In this document: one piece after another, positions 1-14,064 of the stretch
How the letters are laid out: each line of letters begins with the position of its first letter
Position numbering within the stretch: the first letter of the stretch is position 1
Source: Octopus vulgaris
Taxonomy: Eukaryota
Direction of reading: 5' to 3'
DNA: 64,000 nucleotides
NCBI GenBank assembly: GCA_951406725.2
Contig: OX597831.1
Location: 13,206,001 to 13,270,000, forward strand
Notes under the pieces: generated by a model
What the model saw: the letters and a program-made list of their open reading frames with translations, nothing else
What the model was told of the DNA's origin: nothing
Databases searched by the model: none
Position numbers and translations under genes: made by a program

Positions 1-237
1 CTCTTCATGATTCGTGATCAAGAAAGAAACAAATTTGAAATTTCTAAAAATTCCTCAGAAAAACTCACACTCACATTTATTTAAGCTGTCCGAACCTTGC
101 AAGTAACTCTCAATAATAGTCTTGTTAAAGAATGATAAAATTATACTCTGCCATATTTACTGAATTACCCTTCAATTTGATAGAGAATTACTTTTACTAT
201 AGCACGAAAACAAACGTTAATAAGTACGTATACATGG

Positions 238-412
<175 letters not shown>

Positions 413-1151
413 AAAAGCCTTCCAAGTCCGCCGATACATTTATTTGTTCACCTCTGGACTATGAAAAGTGTTTGCAATATTTTTGTTGGTCGTAATTATT
501 CATACTAGTATGTAATTTCTTATGTAATTCCTGGTGAGGCATCTAATTTGTATTTCATGAAGAGTTCTTCGTCTTTGTCTTGGAATGAATTAGACTCCGA
601 AACAATTTGCATAATGTATATTGGTTCTGTACCAAATTCTTTCCTTTCCTTATACTTCTTATATATATTATTTTTCTGTCTGTAGCTATAACGTTGTAAC
701 GGAATCCGACCCACGCCATTCCTGGCAAACGGCTTGAATCTACGGTCACTAAAAAAATCCTCTATTAAATCCGAGCGAAATAGAGTTCATTTAATGAGAC
801 TCCTCTTATTACATCACTTGATGAGATGCTTCTGCATCGAGAGATGCACCATAAGAAGTTGTATAGTTTTTTTTTTTTATCCGCGGCGACGGATCAGTGC
901 AAGATGTGTCGAAACGATCGTTGTGTGTAAGAAGGTTTCCCGTGGATTCCGTTTTCCATCTCTGTCATTTACTTTATACTCAACGTACACTGCGGAATTC
1001 CTGAAGTAGACACAGCGACAATTTTGAAATTATTGTTGATGATGCCAGGTAATCATAAGCAGTGTAAGTGCTCTATCGGCGTACGACTAGGAACAACACT
1101 TAAAAATTAACTTATATGTATGTATTCATGTATACATGTATATAATTATAT

Positions 1152-1412
1152 ACTCTTTTACTTGTTTCAGTCATGTGCCTTTATTCGAGCAAATCGACCC
1201 CAGAACTTATTGTTTGTAAGACACACAAACATATACACAGATACATATATACGACAGGCTTCTTTCAGTTTCCGTCAACCAAAACCACTCCCGAGGCTTT
1301 TGTCGGCCCTAGGCTATAGTAGAAGACACTTGCCCAAAGTGCCACGCAGTAGGACTGAACCCGGAACCATGTGGTTGGTAAGCAAGCTACTTACCACACA
1401 GCCACTCCTGCG
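1152..1412 (-). mobile_element. tRNA-derived SINE, family B (octopus OK-like), internally deleted
   Basis: Minus-strand head GCGCAGGAGTGGCTGTGTGGTAAG...GGTTCAGTCC; same sequence recurs at 11889, 38360, 48775, 58869 and 62295. Confidence 0.85.
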
Positions 1413-1424
1413 CTTATATATATA

Positions 1425-1482
<58 letters not shown>

Positions 1483-1483
<1 letters not shown>

Positions 1484-1703
1484 GAAAAAAACACAAGATG
1501 AAAGCAGGTGGTATACAAAACAAACAGATGTATTAGTATAACGCTCAGGAATAGAAAAGGTCTTTTACGTTTCGATCCTACGCTCTTTTACAGAAAGGGA
1601 CACAGAAAAAAACAAGGAGAGAAAAAAGTGTGTAGTAGCAAACGATCTATGATGGCAACTTCCAGACAGAAGGGTCACACACGAGAGGGAAGAAGTAGGG
1701 GAG
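1483..1703 (-). mobile_element. ~200-bp hammerhead-bearing element (PLE-terminus-like) with a degenerate core
   Basis: Homologous to 18022, 28440, 37129 and 40970; cttt-CTGTAAA-A-GAGC..GATC-GAAA-CG-TA-aaag at 1562-1597; flanked by (TA)n. Confidence 0.6.
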
Positions 1704-1735
1704 ATATACATATAGATATACATATAGATATACAT

Positions 1736-1880
<145 letters not shown>

Positions 1881-2174
1881 GGATCATAAAACGAATGGTA
1901 GCTTCCTGGTAAAGCGCGCTCACTTTTACAGTGGTCTTTATGTATATGTAATTAAGTAGATAAGATCAGGGGGATATGTTTCATTGCGAACAGAAACTCA
2001 GAAGTAGTAAATATCCAGGCGAAGGATCTCTTGACTAAATGAAAATTTACATTGCCGCAATGAGGTACATGATCTCAGTAATAAAAGTGTAGTAAAGCGG
2101 CTGTGCTCTAGCATGGCCACAGCTATTAGCTGAAACTACAAAAAAATGTATATGTATATATGTATGTGTATATG

Positions 2175-2220
<46 letters not shown>

Positions 2221-2260
2221 TATGTATATATATATATATATATGTATACGAATATATATA

Positions 2261-2426
2261 TCTTTATATATAAAAGAGGTATAACTACTACATTTTGTGC
2301 ATAACCAAAACGTATCTTATAGTGTATATATCGAGCCCTGGGTATTACGCGCGTCTAATATATATATCTATATATATATAAAAATCTTATAAATAAAACC
2401 CGAGCAACGCCGGGCGATACTGCTAG
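2261..2426 (+). mobile_element. Non-autonomous mini-Helitron, possibly two in tandem
   Basis: A|TCTTTATATATAAA 5' end; 3' CCCGAGCAACGCCGGG hairpin followed by CTAG|T; A|T target. Confidence 0.75.
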
Positions 2427-3329
2427 TCTATATATAAATCATAATAAGAACAAGGATATCCAAGGTAGAGTAGTACAATTGTTTTATGCTACTTCATTTT
2501 ATTAAACACTGAAAGTGTTTAACTTAAATACCATATTCATCTGTATATATATGTGTGTGTGTGTATCTATATATACGTGTGTGTGTATGTTTTGTGTGTG
2601 TGTGTGTACACACGCCCGTGCACACACACACACATATATACATATATTTACATATAAAAGCACATGAACTTCATTCGAGGTTTGTACTATCCAGTGTTGC
2701 ATTCTATTTTAAGACATTGTGAAATGTCGTCTAACGGTAGTTCAGCCGCCACGTCGTCGTCTCCGTCGTTGGCCCTTGGCATTCTCAATACGAAATCAGA
2801 GCAACTGACAGAAACATGAGTTTTGCATGAACAAACATGACATCTGTAAATAATATAAATGTTATTGTGTGTAGAACACTTGCCAATCCTTATTCAATAG
2901 AAATCAAGAAAGCTTGATTCGACATTTACTAGCAAAACTTCACCTGTCGTAATTCAGACGATATCACCTTACACTGGGATTACGTCGAAAGAACGAGTGG
3001 GCGAGTGTAACATTTGGATGAATAGTAATCGTTATAGAGTATCGATTTTTGCTTATGCTATACCTTGCTTCGTTGGTTGGTTGCTATCTGGTCTAAAGGA
3101 TGAACATTTTATTATATATCTGAATAAATTGGATATCTTCCAATTTGTTGATTTGCAGGTTATTTAAAACCAGCAATCGTCTGCAACCATATTCGATATT
3201 ATGTATACAGGTTCATATTCTGGTATGCTTTCATTTTCTTCTTATGTATGTGCATGTTTGTGTGAACGTATCTGTATCCATGTATGTGTTTACACACACT
3301 CATACGCACACATACAAACACAAACACAC

Positions 3330-3393
<64 letters not shown>

Positions 3394-3421
3394 ATATACA
3401 TACATATATACATACACACAT

Positions 3422-3465
<44 letters not shown>

Positions 3466-3498
3466 GTAATATAATATGTGACAATTATTCAGCTGCTA

Positions 3499-3561
3499 TA
3501 ATAAAACTCCGAGTTTCGGATGTCGGGGCGGAAATCTGCTCCGCCATCTCGTCAGTTATTA
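3499..3561 (-). ncRNA. Type I hammerhead ribozyme motif
   Basis: taataa-CTGACGA-GATG.GCGGA..TCCGC..CATC.C-GAAA-CTCgGAG-TT^ttatta; 6-bp stem I. Confidence 0.7.
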
Positions 3562-3647
3562 AGACAAACAAAAATGCCTCTATTTACATAATATCGAGGT
3601 CTCATTCATTCTTTTGTTGTCATACTATTACTATTAATATACATATA

Positions 3648-3820
3648 TATAGGATCGTCCGGAATTTCTGACAGGAGGAGATCCAGTTTTGTTTTGAGGA
3701 CACCTATATCTACACTATGCAGGTCTCTCAAGCATTTTGCAAGGATATTGAAGAGATGTGGTCCCTCGAAACCCAAGCTGTTGCAGTATCTGGTCCTTAT
3801 TTTCATGGAGATACTGGGAT
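3648..3820 (-). mobile_element. CR1-like LINE ORF2 C-terminal fragment
   Basis: RTRYCNSLGFEGPHLFNILAKCLRDL...[15 protein letters not shown] resembles the end of the 18.5-20.2 kb LINE. Confidence 0.7.
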
Positions 3821-4890
3821 CATATATCATTTAATGCACACTGTTAAAAAATAAGATATTATACTATTTTCTTGCCACGAAGACCCGAGTCTAGGCAACA
3901 CCAAAGTAGAACACCGATAAAAAATCTCACATTTTCTCGTGTTTTTTCTCGTGGTTTCTCGCGCAGCAGCGATCTGACTACACAAAGCCAGAAGATTCCT
4001 CGGACCTGCCTAACCACGTGACTTCATAGAAAGAGACTAATAGTAGCTCTTATATTTATAAAGTGTACATTAAATGATATCTCTCACTGGGCGGAGTACT
4101 TCTTTTTCGTTGAGCTTATCGGAACAGTAAATTACGTGTATGTACAGATAAGTGTTTGTTTGTTTATGTATGTGTATGTGTGTGTGTGTGTGTGTCTGTG
4201 CATGTAAGCTGGTGATATGCAGCTACACAAAAGTGAAAACACTAACAAAATCAGGAATCAGAGCAGCGTCTATAACTAAGAAACTATGTTACAATCTCTC
4301 AGTGAATCTCATTCAAGATGAAATCCCGAAAAGAAAGCGCTCTTATAAGTTAAATGTGACAGCACTTTGAGACTGCAAAGGCTTTGACCTAGATTTTAAG
4401 ACATTCGGCTTATCGAGGTGTCAGTTCCCGTATGAGACAATTCCCTATACTCCTGAGCACAGATTTTCTCAAAGCGTTTCATCTACTGAGCATAATATAG
4501 CACAATCTTCCCCTGGCGGTCTCTTGTAATTCACCAGCCAACTACACTTGGAACATCTGGCGCAGAAGTACCCAATGCGGCACAAATGTGGGCATTAAAT
4601 TTTATATATATATATGGAAGCATTCAATATCCTAAATTTTGCTCACAGACACACACACCTATATATAATTTGCTACTTTCTTTACATGAAATGAGAAGAT
4701 ACATTGCAGAACTGTCATTTTAACGAATTATATCTATTTATCACGCAAAGAGATGCATGTGCACCATTGGATGCTCCTCAACCAATTATTAAGTATCCCA
4801 CCTGTGAGGGATCGCTGCTAAATGTGTCGAAATAACTGTAGTGATTAATAAAAAATTCTCATATCCTTCATCTTCCGTCTTTCATTAACC

Positions 4891-4925
<35 letters not shown>

Positions 4926-4957
4926 CGTGTGTGTGTGTGTGTGTGTGTATGTATGTG

Positions 4958-4991
<34 letters not shown>

Positions 4992-6112
4992 CGTTTTGTG
5001 TACTAGACACATATACATACCATATTAACTCGTGCATAAAGCAAGGAATTTTGATCAAGCATTATGGACAGAAACGCTCGTCCGGTCCTGGAATTGAAAT
5101 CACGACCTTAAGACACGTGTCGAATACATACCCCGCTACATGACAGGCTTTCACAATTTCAGTGATACCACATTTCACTTGTAAGAGTTCACTTCATGTT
5201 TCATCTCCAGTGAGATTCACCGAGTGATTGTTTAGGTATGGACATTGCTGCTGCTTGTTGTTGTTGTTGTTGTTTTTGATGTTGGAGCCGCATGTCACTG
5301 TCTGCCATGCTGTAAAATTACTCTCCTGCGTTTTGAGAGCGAATGCTATTACAAAACTGTCAAATTAGAATTATAATATTTGTTAGATAACTTAATATGT
5401 TTTCTGACATAAGAAATGGAATTATATTTAGCTTTTCAATAAAATATCATTAATCTTGTTATTTTGGTAAATTTAATCTAGGCAGGAGGCTTCACTTTCA
5501 TTTATTAACCTAACTATTTGTGTGCATCTGAAAATTGATAATTATTATAGAATTGAAAATGGCTGGCTTTTATCTAATTTTCACGTTAGCTGCTTGCTGG
5601 ATTTTCTGAAGACGAACAATCATTGTTGAAGAGTTATTATTTCGTTATGTCTATATTGTTGTACATTTCTGTAAGTTATACGGACTGTGAAAAGCATTGC
5701 TTTGCTAACGTAGATTTTTCTGTTTAAACGAATAGAATAATTTTCGATTTATACTTACAATTAGAAACTTCGCTGTGTAAGACTTTTTCATATACATTTC
5801 CATCAAAAGTAAAGTCTATAATGAGCTTTTCGCTTTTCCTCTAATCACGTTTTAATTGTCTTAATGCTATTATTTCTTATGGAAATTTCCAGAATATTAC
5901 TCAACGTTTGCAAAACTTATTAATCTCATTACGGGCGTTGATTGCTTTATTTTCCAAATATTAATTCATGATGAATGGTACTAACAGATCGAAATATAGA
6001 CCTGCCTTTAAGTTTCTCGGTCAGCAACACAAACGAACGTATCAAAAGGGAAAGTCTTTTGAATAATCTTTTGTGGATTTGAGAGAGACAATATATTTCA
6101 CTGAAGTCAATG

Positions 6113-6410
6113 AAAGCGCGTGTCTACAGTCATTAAGGGGTTCGATTTGCAGGGGCGCGTTGTGTCTTCAGCAAGGCACTTTATTTCACGTTGCCCCAGC
6201 GCATTCCGCATGCGACACCTAAAAAGATGAGTCGTATCTGTATTTCAAAGAGGCAGCCCTGTCACACTCTGTGTCACGCTGAATCTCCCTGAGAGATATG
6301 TTAAGGGTGCGCGTGTCTGTGGAGTGCTCAGCCACTTTCCCGTTAATTTCACAAGCAGGCTGTTCTGTTGATCGTATCAACTGGAACCCTCACCATCGTG
6401 ACTGGCGGAG
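6113..6410 (+). mobile_element. tRNA-derived SINE, family C (CORE-like), diverged
   Basis: GGTTCGAT B-box then GCAAGGCACTTTATTTCACGTTGC, shared with 12648 and 46698. Confidence 0.6.
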
Positions 6411-6593
6411 GACCAGTTAAATTGTCAAAACAAAAAAAAGTTGGGAAAATTAGCAGAACAGTTAGAGCGTCAGTATCTGTTGCGGCTCTTTTCATTCTGA
6501 GTTCGAATACTGTCGAGACATACCTAGCCTTTCGTTCCTACCAGGGTCAATATCAAGTGCTAGAATTGATGTGAAGGTGCTTTGATACATAGG

Positions 6594-7218
6594 ATTTCTT
6601 TATTGCCCACAAGGGTCTAAACATAGAGGGGACAAACAAGGACAGACAAACGGATTAAGTTGATTCCATCGACCCAGTGCGTAACAGGTACTTAATTTAT
6701 CGAAGCCGAAAGCGTGAAAGGCAAAGTCGACTTCGGCGGAATTTGAACTCAGAACGTAGGCAGAGGAAACACCGCTAAGCATTTCGCCCCGTATGCTAAC
6801 GTTTCTCATTTCTTTATTGCCCACAAGGGGCTAAACATAGAGGGGACAAACAAGGACAGACAAAGGGATTAAGTCGATTACATCGACCCCAGTGCGTAAC
6901 TGGTACTTAATTTATCGACCACGAAAAAATGAAAGGCAAAGTCGACCTCGGCGGATTTGAACTTAGAACGTAGACAGACGAAATACCTTTTTCTTTACTA
7001 CCCACAAGGGGCTAAACACGGGGGTGACAAACAAGGACAGACAGGCGGATTAAGTCGATTATATCGACTCCAGTGCGTAACTAATACTTAATTTATCGAC
7101 CCCGAAAGGATGAAAGGTAAAGTCGACCTCGGCGGAATTTGAACTCAGAACGTAACGGCAGACGAAATACTGCAAAGCATTTCGCTCGGCGTGCTAACGT
7201 CTCTGCCAGCTCGCCGCC
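6594..7218 (-). mobile_element. Head-to-tail trimer of SINE family A (MetaSINE-like central domain)
   Basis: Three units with GAGTTCAAATTCCGCCGAGGTCGACTTTGCCTTTCATCCTTTCGGGGTCGATAAATTAAGTACCAG-type sequence on the minus strand. Confidence 0.88.
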
Positions 7219-7589
7219 TTAAGTGATGTCATAATATGATCCATAGCAGAGCTCCGGGTATTCTGCCACTCACTTTACCTTATTGTGCTCCACCCACTTT
7301 AATACGAGCCAGCACGTGTGCCTTTACAAGGTAGGTAGAAAATAGCAATAAAATAGACCTCAAACTACTCTTTATTGTCCTAAAAGACGCACGCACATAT
7401 ACATTGGTTCGTGTTATCCTAGGTATATCATATCAGGAATAAATATGTTACTATCTTCTGATTATGGGATTATGGGTTTGATCCTAGGTCTGCAGAATCA
7501 GAAGTGTCTTGGACACTGAAGATCACCGACGCCACCAACAGCACAGCCGCAGTCTCCACCACTTTTTTTATACTTTCTAACTTTCTCAC

Positions 7590-7867
7590 GTAGTGGTTTC
7601 CAAATTATGTCGCTGATAGTTTCTAGGCGTGTCGCAAAATTAATTTTAATCGAATTAATTTTTTTTACAAATATTTGTCTGTGAAATGTTCTTGACAATT
7701 TGGCTTAAATTTTGACACAAAAATTGTATTTAGTTGTTTAATTATTAATTTATTTATTAATTTGGTTAATTTTGTGTCTCTAACAAAACTTAATTATTGT
7801 GTCGCGCCAAATTATGTTTTTCTAAAAAGTGTGTCGTCAATGTGTTAATTTTGGAAAAATTTCTCTG
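7590..7867. mobile_element. Degenerate hAT-like MITE
   Basis: TAGTGGTTTCCAAA start, repeated TGTCG(C) subterminal motifs, TTTGGAAAAA..CTG end. Confidence 0.4.
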
Positions 7868-8736
7868 GTTTTGAGAACTGAGTATTGATTTCCCATGAAG
7901 GGAAAATCATACATATTTTAGGAGAACGACAGGCTCTGCTTATGAAATATTTTCTAGAAAACTGTCAACAGTAGCACTAGTAATAGAAGCAGCAGCTGCA
8001 GTAGTAGTATTAGTTGTTGTTGTTGTTGAATTTTAGCCCCGGGTCATCAACTAAGTGGATCTCTGACCAGGACCGGTACTTCAGGGACTTACATAAAGAA
8101 ACCATGTTCTTATTGAAACGATGACCTGAAGGAATGTTTGGTTGCGATTTCCAATAAGTTGTGCGAACATGTAGAGGCTCTTCCATTAGTTCGGTTGATG
8201 CGGATGCTGTGCTGTTCCTATTGTGTCATCATTGATTCAAATATCTTATGATCAACAGCATTTCAATCCGATTTTTCGTGTACCCAGGCCAGCAGTGTTG
8301 AATGTTCCCTTCCAATGTTAAGACTACTTCATGAGAACTGAGGTAATTTATGACTGCTATTTCTAGTCAGTCAAGAAACTGCATAGTGGGCCAAGCGTTT
8401 GCTTGGTCAACCGTGTAACGATGCAGCTATTTTTTTTTTATATATATAATCTGAGGCCTGTAGCGATCGATGAAACTTGGGATCAAAAACGTTGCCATCT
8501 TTTATTCAAACAGTATTTTGCACAGGAAATTATGATTAAAGGCGACTGAGTTATTACGAAGAGGACAATGGGAGATAATGGTGTAATAGAGGAGAGTATC
8601 CAGCGAGAACGGTAAAGGTGGAGGCGAAGTGATACGGCAGTCCATGTCCAATTTGCAAAGCCGTCGTTGTTTTAGGCGCTCGGCGAATAATCTAGGAAAA
8701 CCACGAACGTCTTACTCGATTCCCAAGATTACTACA

Positions 8737-8785
<49 letters not shown>

Positions 8786-8877
8786 GTACTACTAAGATTC
8801 AGTTGAATTAGGCACTTAGATTGAGGCACCAAGCCAGTTCGCTATAATCCGCGCAGCTCCATGTTAGGTGACCAAAA

Positions 8878-9224
8878 TGTAAATAAGTAACAAGGTTGTC
8901 CAAGTATCAATGCATTACGGCCGTTTCGAGCGTTTTCCTCTGCTACACCCTAAATTATACTAGGCTTAATAAGATATGCATTATTCCCTAAATTCCTCAT
9001 GCCACAAATAAACATAAGGAAGCTGTAATTAATTTGGTTTCTAGTATTGATATAAATTTGTTAAAAAGGGTTTATCCTTTATGTTGGAAATCTATATGGT
9101 CATCTACTTCTGAGGAGAGAGTTGTCTTTCAAATTGATGTACTATTTTCATTGATCGATCAAATGGAGCTGCTCAAAACGGCCGTAATGCATTGATATGT
9201 GGACCTTCTTGTTACTTTTTTACA
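8878..9224. mobile_element. MITE with ~54-bp terminal inverted repeats
   Basis: 8878-8931 matches the reverse complement of 9171-9224 at 47/54 by eye, with exact core TATCAATGCATTACGGCCGTTT. Confidence 0.8.
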
Positions 9225-9299
9225 CATGCATACACACACACGCACACACACACGCGCGCGCACACACACACGCACACACATATATATATAACATGTACT

Positions 9300-9585
9300 C
9301 ACCAGACGTTAGACAACGTATGAGAGTAATTTCTTGTTGAGCGACCACACAATTAATTTGCTTATAGTGATCACATGTTTGTGTTCACATAAGCTCACCC
9401 ATTCTATCAAATCGATTTTACCTGTGCAGGTGCACAGCGCCACGAGCTACGTATTAGAGGATAAAATGATCGCAGAGCAACGTGAAATGAAGTGTTTTGC
9501 TCAAGAACACAATGCAACGCCAGGTCTGGGAATCGAAACTCCGATCTCGCAACCGTAACATTCTACCCATTCAGACATGCGTCTT
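9300..9585 (-). mobile_element. SINE family C-related copy, diverged
   Basis: Minus-strand GTTTCGATTCCCAGACC...GTGTTCTTGAGCAAAACACTTCATTTCACGTTGCTC. Confidence 0.65.
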
Positions 9586-10369
9586 CATATATGTATTCTC
9601 CACAGAAAAAATTATGTAATTCTAACATTACTTGGCAACCGATAAGGGAGCAGATTTCACCCTGTTTGTCATATCAACCAAGTCCCAGCGTATTATCTAA
9701 AAGAAAAATAAGCAAAAAGAAAAAAGAAAAAAAACAACACGTCGCTAACCGACGGGGATTAGAACAACAGCGATGATATTGGGAGTTAAGACTATCTTTT
9801 ATTATACCGAATGAATGATGTTAAAGTTTCTAAGCCCTTCGTGTATTTTGTGCTCCTCAAAGTAAGCAGTATGTCTCTCTGGGATGATAGAAAAAAAACT
9901 TATGGGGAGAGCGGAGACAAAGGAGGCGTTAGTAGGTGACAGTTGCATCTGTACACTTCGTTTCCCATTTAGATATTAACTTTAAATAATTATAGACTTC
10001 GAGTAAGTAAATAAACAAAAGCACAATGTATAAAAATTAAGCAGAGAGAATTTGCTGGAAGAAAGGTGATGCTCTGATAAGTAGTTACCTGCGAGAAACT
10101 AGTAAGAAGTAAAGAAAAAAAGCTGGCTTAAAGTAACCTGTATATATATTGCTATGGTGAAGGTGAGACTGAAGCACGGTTAAGCGGAGATTGGAGAAAT
10201 GGCTGTAAAAATGGGTGGTGGTGGTGGTGGTGGTGGGAGGCAGTAGTTAAAAGGGTTTGAGAAATACTTACGTAAACGGATTCCAGAGGACAGAAATAAT
10301 CCGTCTGAATGTTTAACTAGAAATGCGTATATAAAAAGCAAATTTAGGCCTCGGCGGGATTCGAACTTA

Positions 10370-10370
<1 letters not shown>

Positions 10371-10451
<81 letters not shown>

Positions 10452-10463
10452 AAGAGAGAGAAG

Positions 10464-10516
<53 letters not shown>
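10371..10516. repeat. (GA)n microsatellite
   Basis: Direct reading of the sequence. Confidence 0.97.
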
Positions 10517-10519
<3 letters not shown>

Positions 10520-10898
10520 GCATAAATATCTGGAGAATTCCATCCGACGGACTAACAAATGTCAGTTCGTGGTTTGGAGTAAAATCGAAATGGTGGAATT
10601 GTTACATCAGACAATTTTGGTCACGAAACCATTTGCCTGTGAGTGAACTGATCATAAATAATAATTCTACACTTTTAACGTTTTTATATTTGATGACAGA
10701 ATCTACCGAATTATCAAGAACAGAAATCCAAATTGCATCGCGTTTTAAATTCCCATTTGAAGTGGTTTTACCATATTTCTGTTGGCATCTATATTACTAG
10801 GAAAGTACGACTGCAAGAATTCGCATTAGAAAATAGCGTGTTTACGCTAAGAAGCTATATAAATATATATATCTGTATGTGTGCGGGTAGTGTATGTA

Positions 10899-11343
<445 letters not shown>

Positions 11344-11616
11344 CGTAGGTGTAAGCTTAGTTCGATGCAATGGAGCAGCACACACACCAGCGGTTCGATT
11401 CCGAGAGGGAGTATAATTCGGCTACTTTATTCTTTATTTTCTGACTCCGAATTAAAAATAATAAAGTAATGGGAAACCTCGTCCCGGTGAGATTTGAACT
11501 GAGAGCGTAGGTTAGTGAAACAAAAATCTCAAAGCATCATCCCAACGTTCTAATGACTCTGCTAGTTCATCACCCAGTGACAAATCGGTTCCTAATTTTG
11601 TCACTAGGCCAGCAAT

Positions 11617-11836
11617 TTCTTTCCTTTCTACTCTAGGTACAAGGGCCGAAATTTTGGGGGAGGGGGGCCAGTCGATTAGATCGACCCCATTGTCAACTGG
11701 TAATTATTTTAACGACCTCGTGAGTCTGAAGGGTAAAGTCGACCTCGGCGAAAATTGAACTATGAACGCAAAGACGGACGAAATACTGATAAGTGTTTTG
11801 CCCGGCACGCTAACAATTCTACTAGCTTTCCACCTT
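11617..11836 (-). mobile_element. SINE family A copy
   Basis: AAAGTCGACCTCGGCG...GACGAAATAC...CCCGGCACGCTAAC on the plus strand. Confidence 0.75.
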
Positions 11837-11888
11837 TCACCCAGGCCCTAACTGAAATGATCGAATAATTATACTAAACAATTGCATA

Positions 11889-12052
11889 GGCGTAGGAGTG
11901 GCTCTGTCGTAAGTAGCTTGCCTAACAACCACACGGGTCAGGGTTCAGACCCACTGCGTGGCACCTTGGGCAAGTGTCGTCTACTATTGCGTCGGGCTGA
12001 CCAAAGCCTTGCGAGTGGATTAATAGATGGAAACTGAAAGAAAGACGTCGTA

Positions 12053-12083
<31 letters not shown>

Positions 12084-12250
12084 GTTTGTATGTCTGTGTT
12101 TGTCCCCCCGCCCTTAGCAGTTCAGCAAAAGACCGATAGAATAAGTACTAGTCTTACAAAGAATAAGTCCTGGGGTCGATTTGTTCGACTAAAGGCGGTG
12201 CTCCAGCATGGCCGCAGTCAAGTGGCTGAAATAAAATAAAAGAATAAAAG
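11889..12250 (+). mobile_element. SINE family B (OK-like), near full length with internal (TA)n
   Basis: Head GGCGTAGGAGTGGCT..GGGTTCAGACCC; CCTTGGGCAAGTG; tail GTGCTCCAGCATGGCCGCAGTCAA..CTGAAA. Confidence 0.88.
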
Positions 12251-12647
12251 AATAAATTGTGGTCACGAAAAACCATTTGTCGTTGAAAGAACTGACCATA
12301 ATTAATAATATAATTTCGAATTTTTACGTAATTCATGACAGAATGTTTGGAATAACGTAAAACAGAAGTCAAAATCCATTTTATTATTCCTGTTTGAGGT
12401 CAGCGGATCATTGTTCGTGCGACAGGGCTGCCATTGGAATTCAATACGTACGAAATGAACCGAGAAATAAATTAACCGTTTAAGTTCCCGTAACATAGCA
12501 ACCAGATAGGCTTAAATACATGTAAATACTGGGGTCAATCTGTTTGACTAAAACCTTTCAAAGTAGTGCTCCAGCATGGCCGCATCCAAATGACAGGTGC
12601 AAGGAATACATGTGTGTGTGTATACGCATACACAGACACATCAGTGA

Positions 12648-12900
12648 AGGCGCATAGCTCTGTGGTTAAAGTGGCGAGGTTGTGAGTTCGATTCGCGGAT
12701 CGAGTTGCGTGTTCTACTCTTGTTGTTGAGCAAGACACTTTATTTCCCATTGCACCACTTGACCCATCTGTAGAAATGAGTTACGACGTCACCGGGTGCC
12801 TAGCTGTATCGGCCCCTTTGCCATTCCTTTGGGCAACATCGGTCCAGTGTAGAGGGGAGGCTAGTATGCATAGGCGATTGCTGGCCTGCCATAATCAACC
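12648..12900 (+). mobile_element. SINE family C (CORE-like), 3'-truncated and joined to an inverted family B head (12936-13016)
   Basis: Colinear with 46698-47015. Confidence 0.8.
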
Positions 12901-13394
12901 TTGGTATCACGATTGCTGGCCTTCCATAATCAACCCAAGGTACCACGCAGTGGGACTGAACCCGCAACCATGTGGTTGTTAAGCAAGCTACTTACCACAC
13001 AGCCCCTCCTGCGCCTAAAATATTTACTTAAAATCTTAACGCTTAATTTATACATAGTTTTAAATAGATACCTGCACATACATATATACACAAAAACAAA
13101 ATGTTATTTGAATGTCAGACATGTTTCTTCCTTTCGTTATACGCCTGTTTGAACTGACTGAATATCAGACAATAGCAAATGATACTATCAACCCAGAATA
13201 GCTGTCTTCGCCATCTCTGCCTCTCAACTCACTTCCGAAAAGTGCATACTGTCGCCTCCTTATCATCTCTATTCCTACCTTATTAGACAACCAATTCTAT
13301 CTACCTACGCTAAATCCAATTCTTATTCACATTACTTCATCTACTCAAAGAACAACGTTTCCAAAGACTGTATGGAGCCAGAAAGATCAAAGCA

Positions 13395-13438
13395 ATACAC
13401 TGATGACGGCTGGTAAACCGAAACTTCGAAGTGAGTGA
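13395..13438 (+). ncRNA. Degenerate hammerhead motif, probably inactive
   Basis: CTGATGA-C-GG..CC-GAAA-CTTCGAAG (palindromic stem III) then TG (a non-cleavable triplet); weak stem I. Confidence 0.45.
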
Positions 13439-14064
13439 CAATATTTCCTTAGGAATAAAATTGATATAAATTTATTCTTGATGTCATAAGACTTGATAAA
13501 CTCCGAAAGAATATAAAATAATTATTTATTGGTGTGTGGGTGGGGAGGAGAGCGATCGGTTTCGAAGCAAATAAGGCTATAAATAACACCATGTAAATAT
13601 TGTGTTGCAATCCCTTTTGGATAGAAAAATCGAAGACTGCCCTTGGGACACGATCTCACAACCCCTGTGAACATGACACAGAAAACCGTTGACGTTTTCT
13701 AATCCAAGGGTTGTTAACGACTCTCTAAGTTCCGAGTTCAATTTTCACTTCGGTCAATCTTGCGTTTCATCTCTTCCAGTACCAGTCACATACTGTGGGT
13801 TTGTTCTCCCTTAAAATTCTGTTCTTATACATTTGGTAGGAATAATTATTTTAAAAGTAGCGGATTGGCGAATTCATTAGAGCGTCGGATAATGACTCAC
13901 AGCATAAATTCCGGCTCTTTACATTCTAGGTTCTAATCCGGCCCGGGAAAAATTGTCTCTCATTCAATATAATGCAATATCTATAAAGTACGGGGATCGA
14001 TGTATCGATTAATCCCATCTCCGCTCATCATTTGTTGCCATTTGCCTAATTAGAGACAATTACT

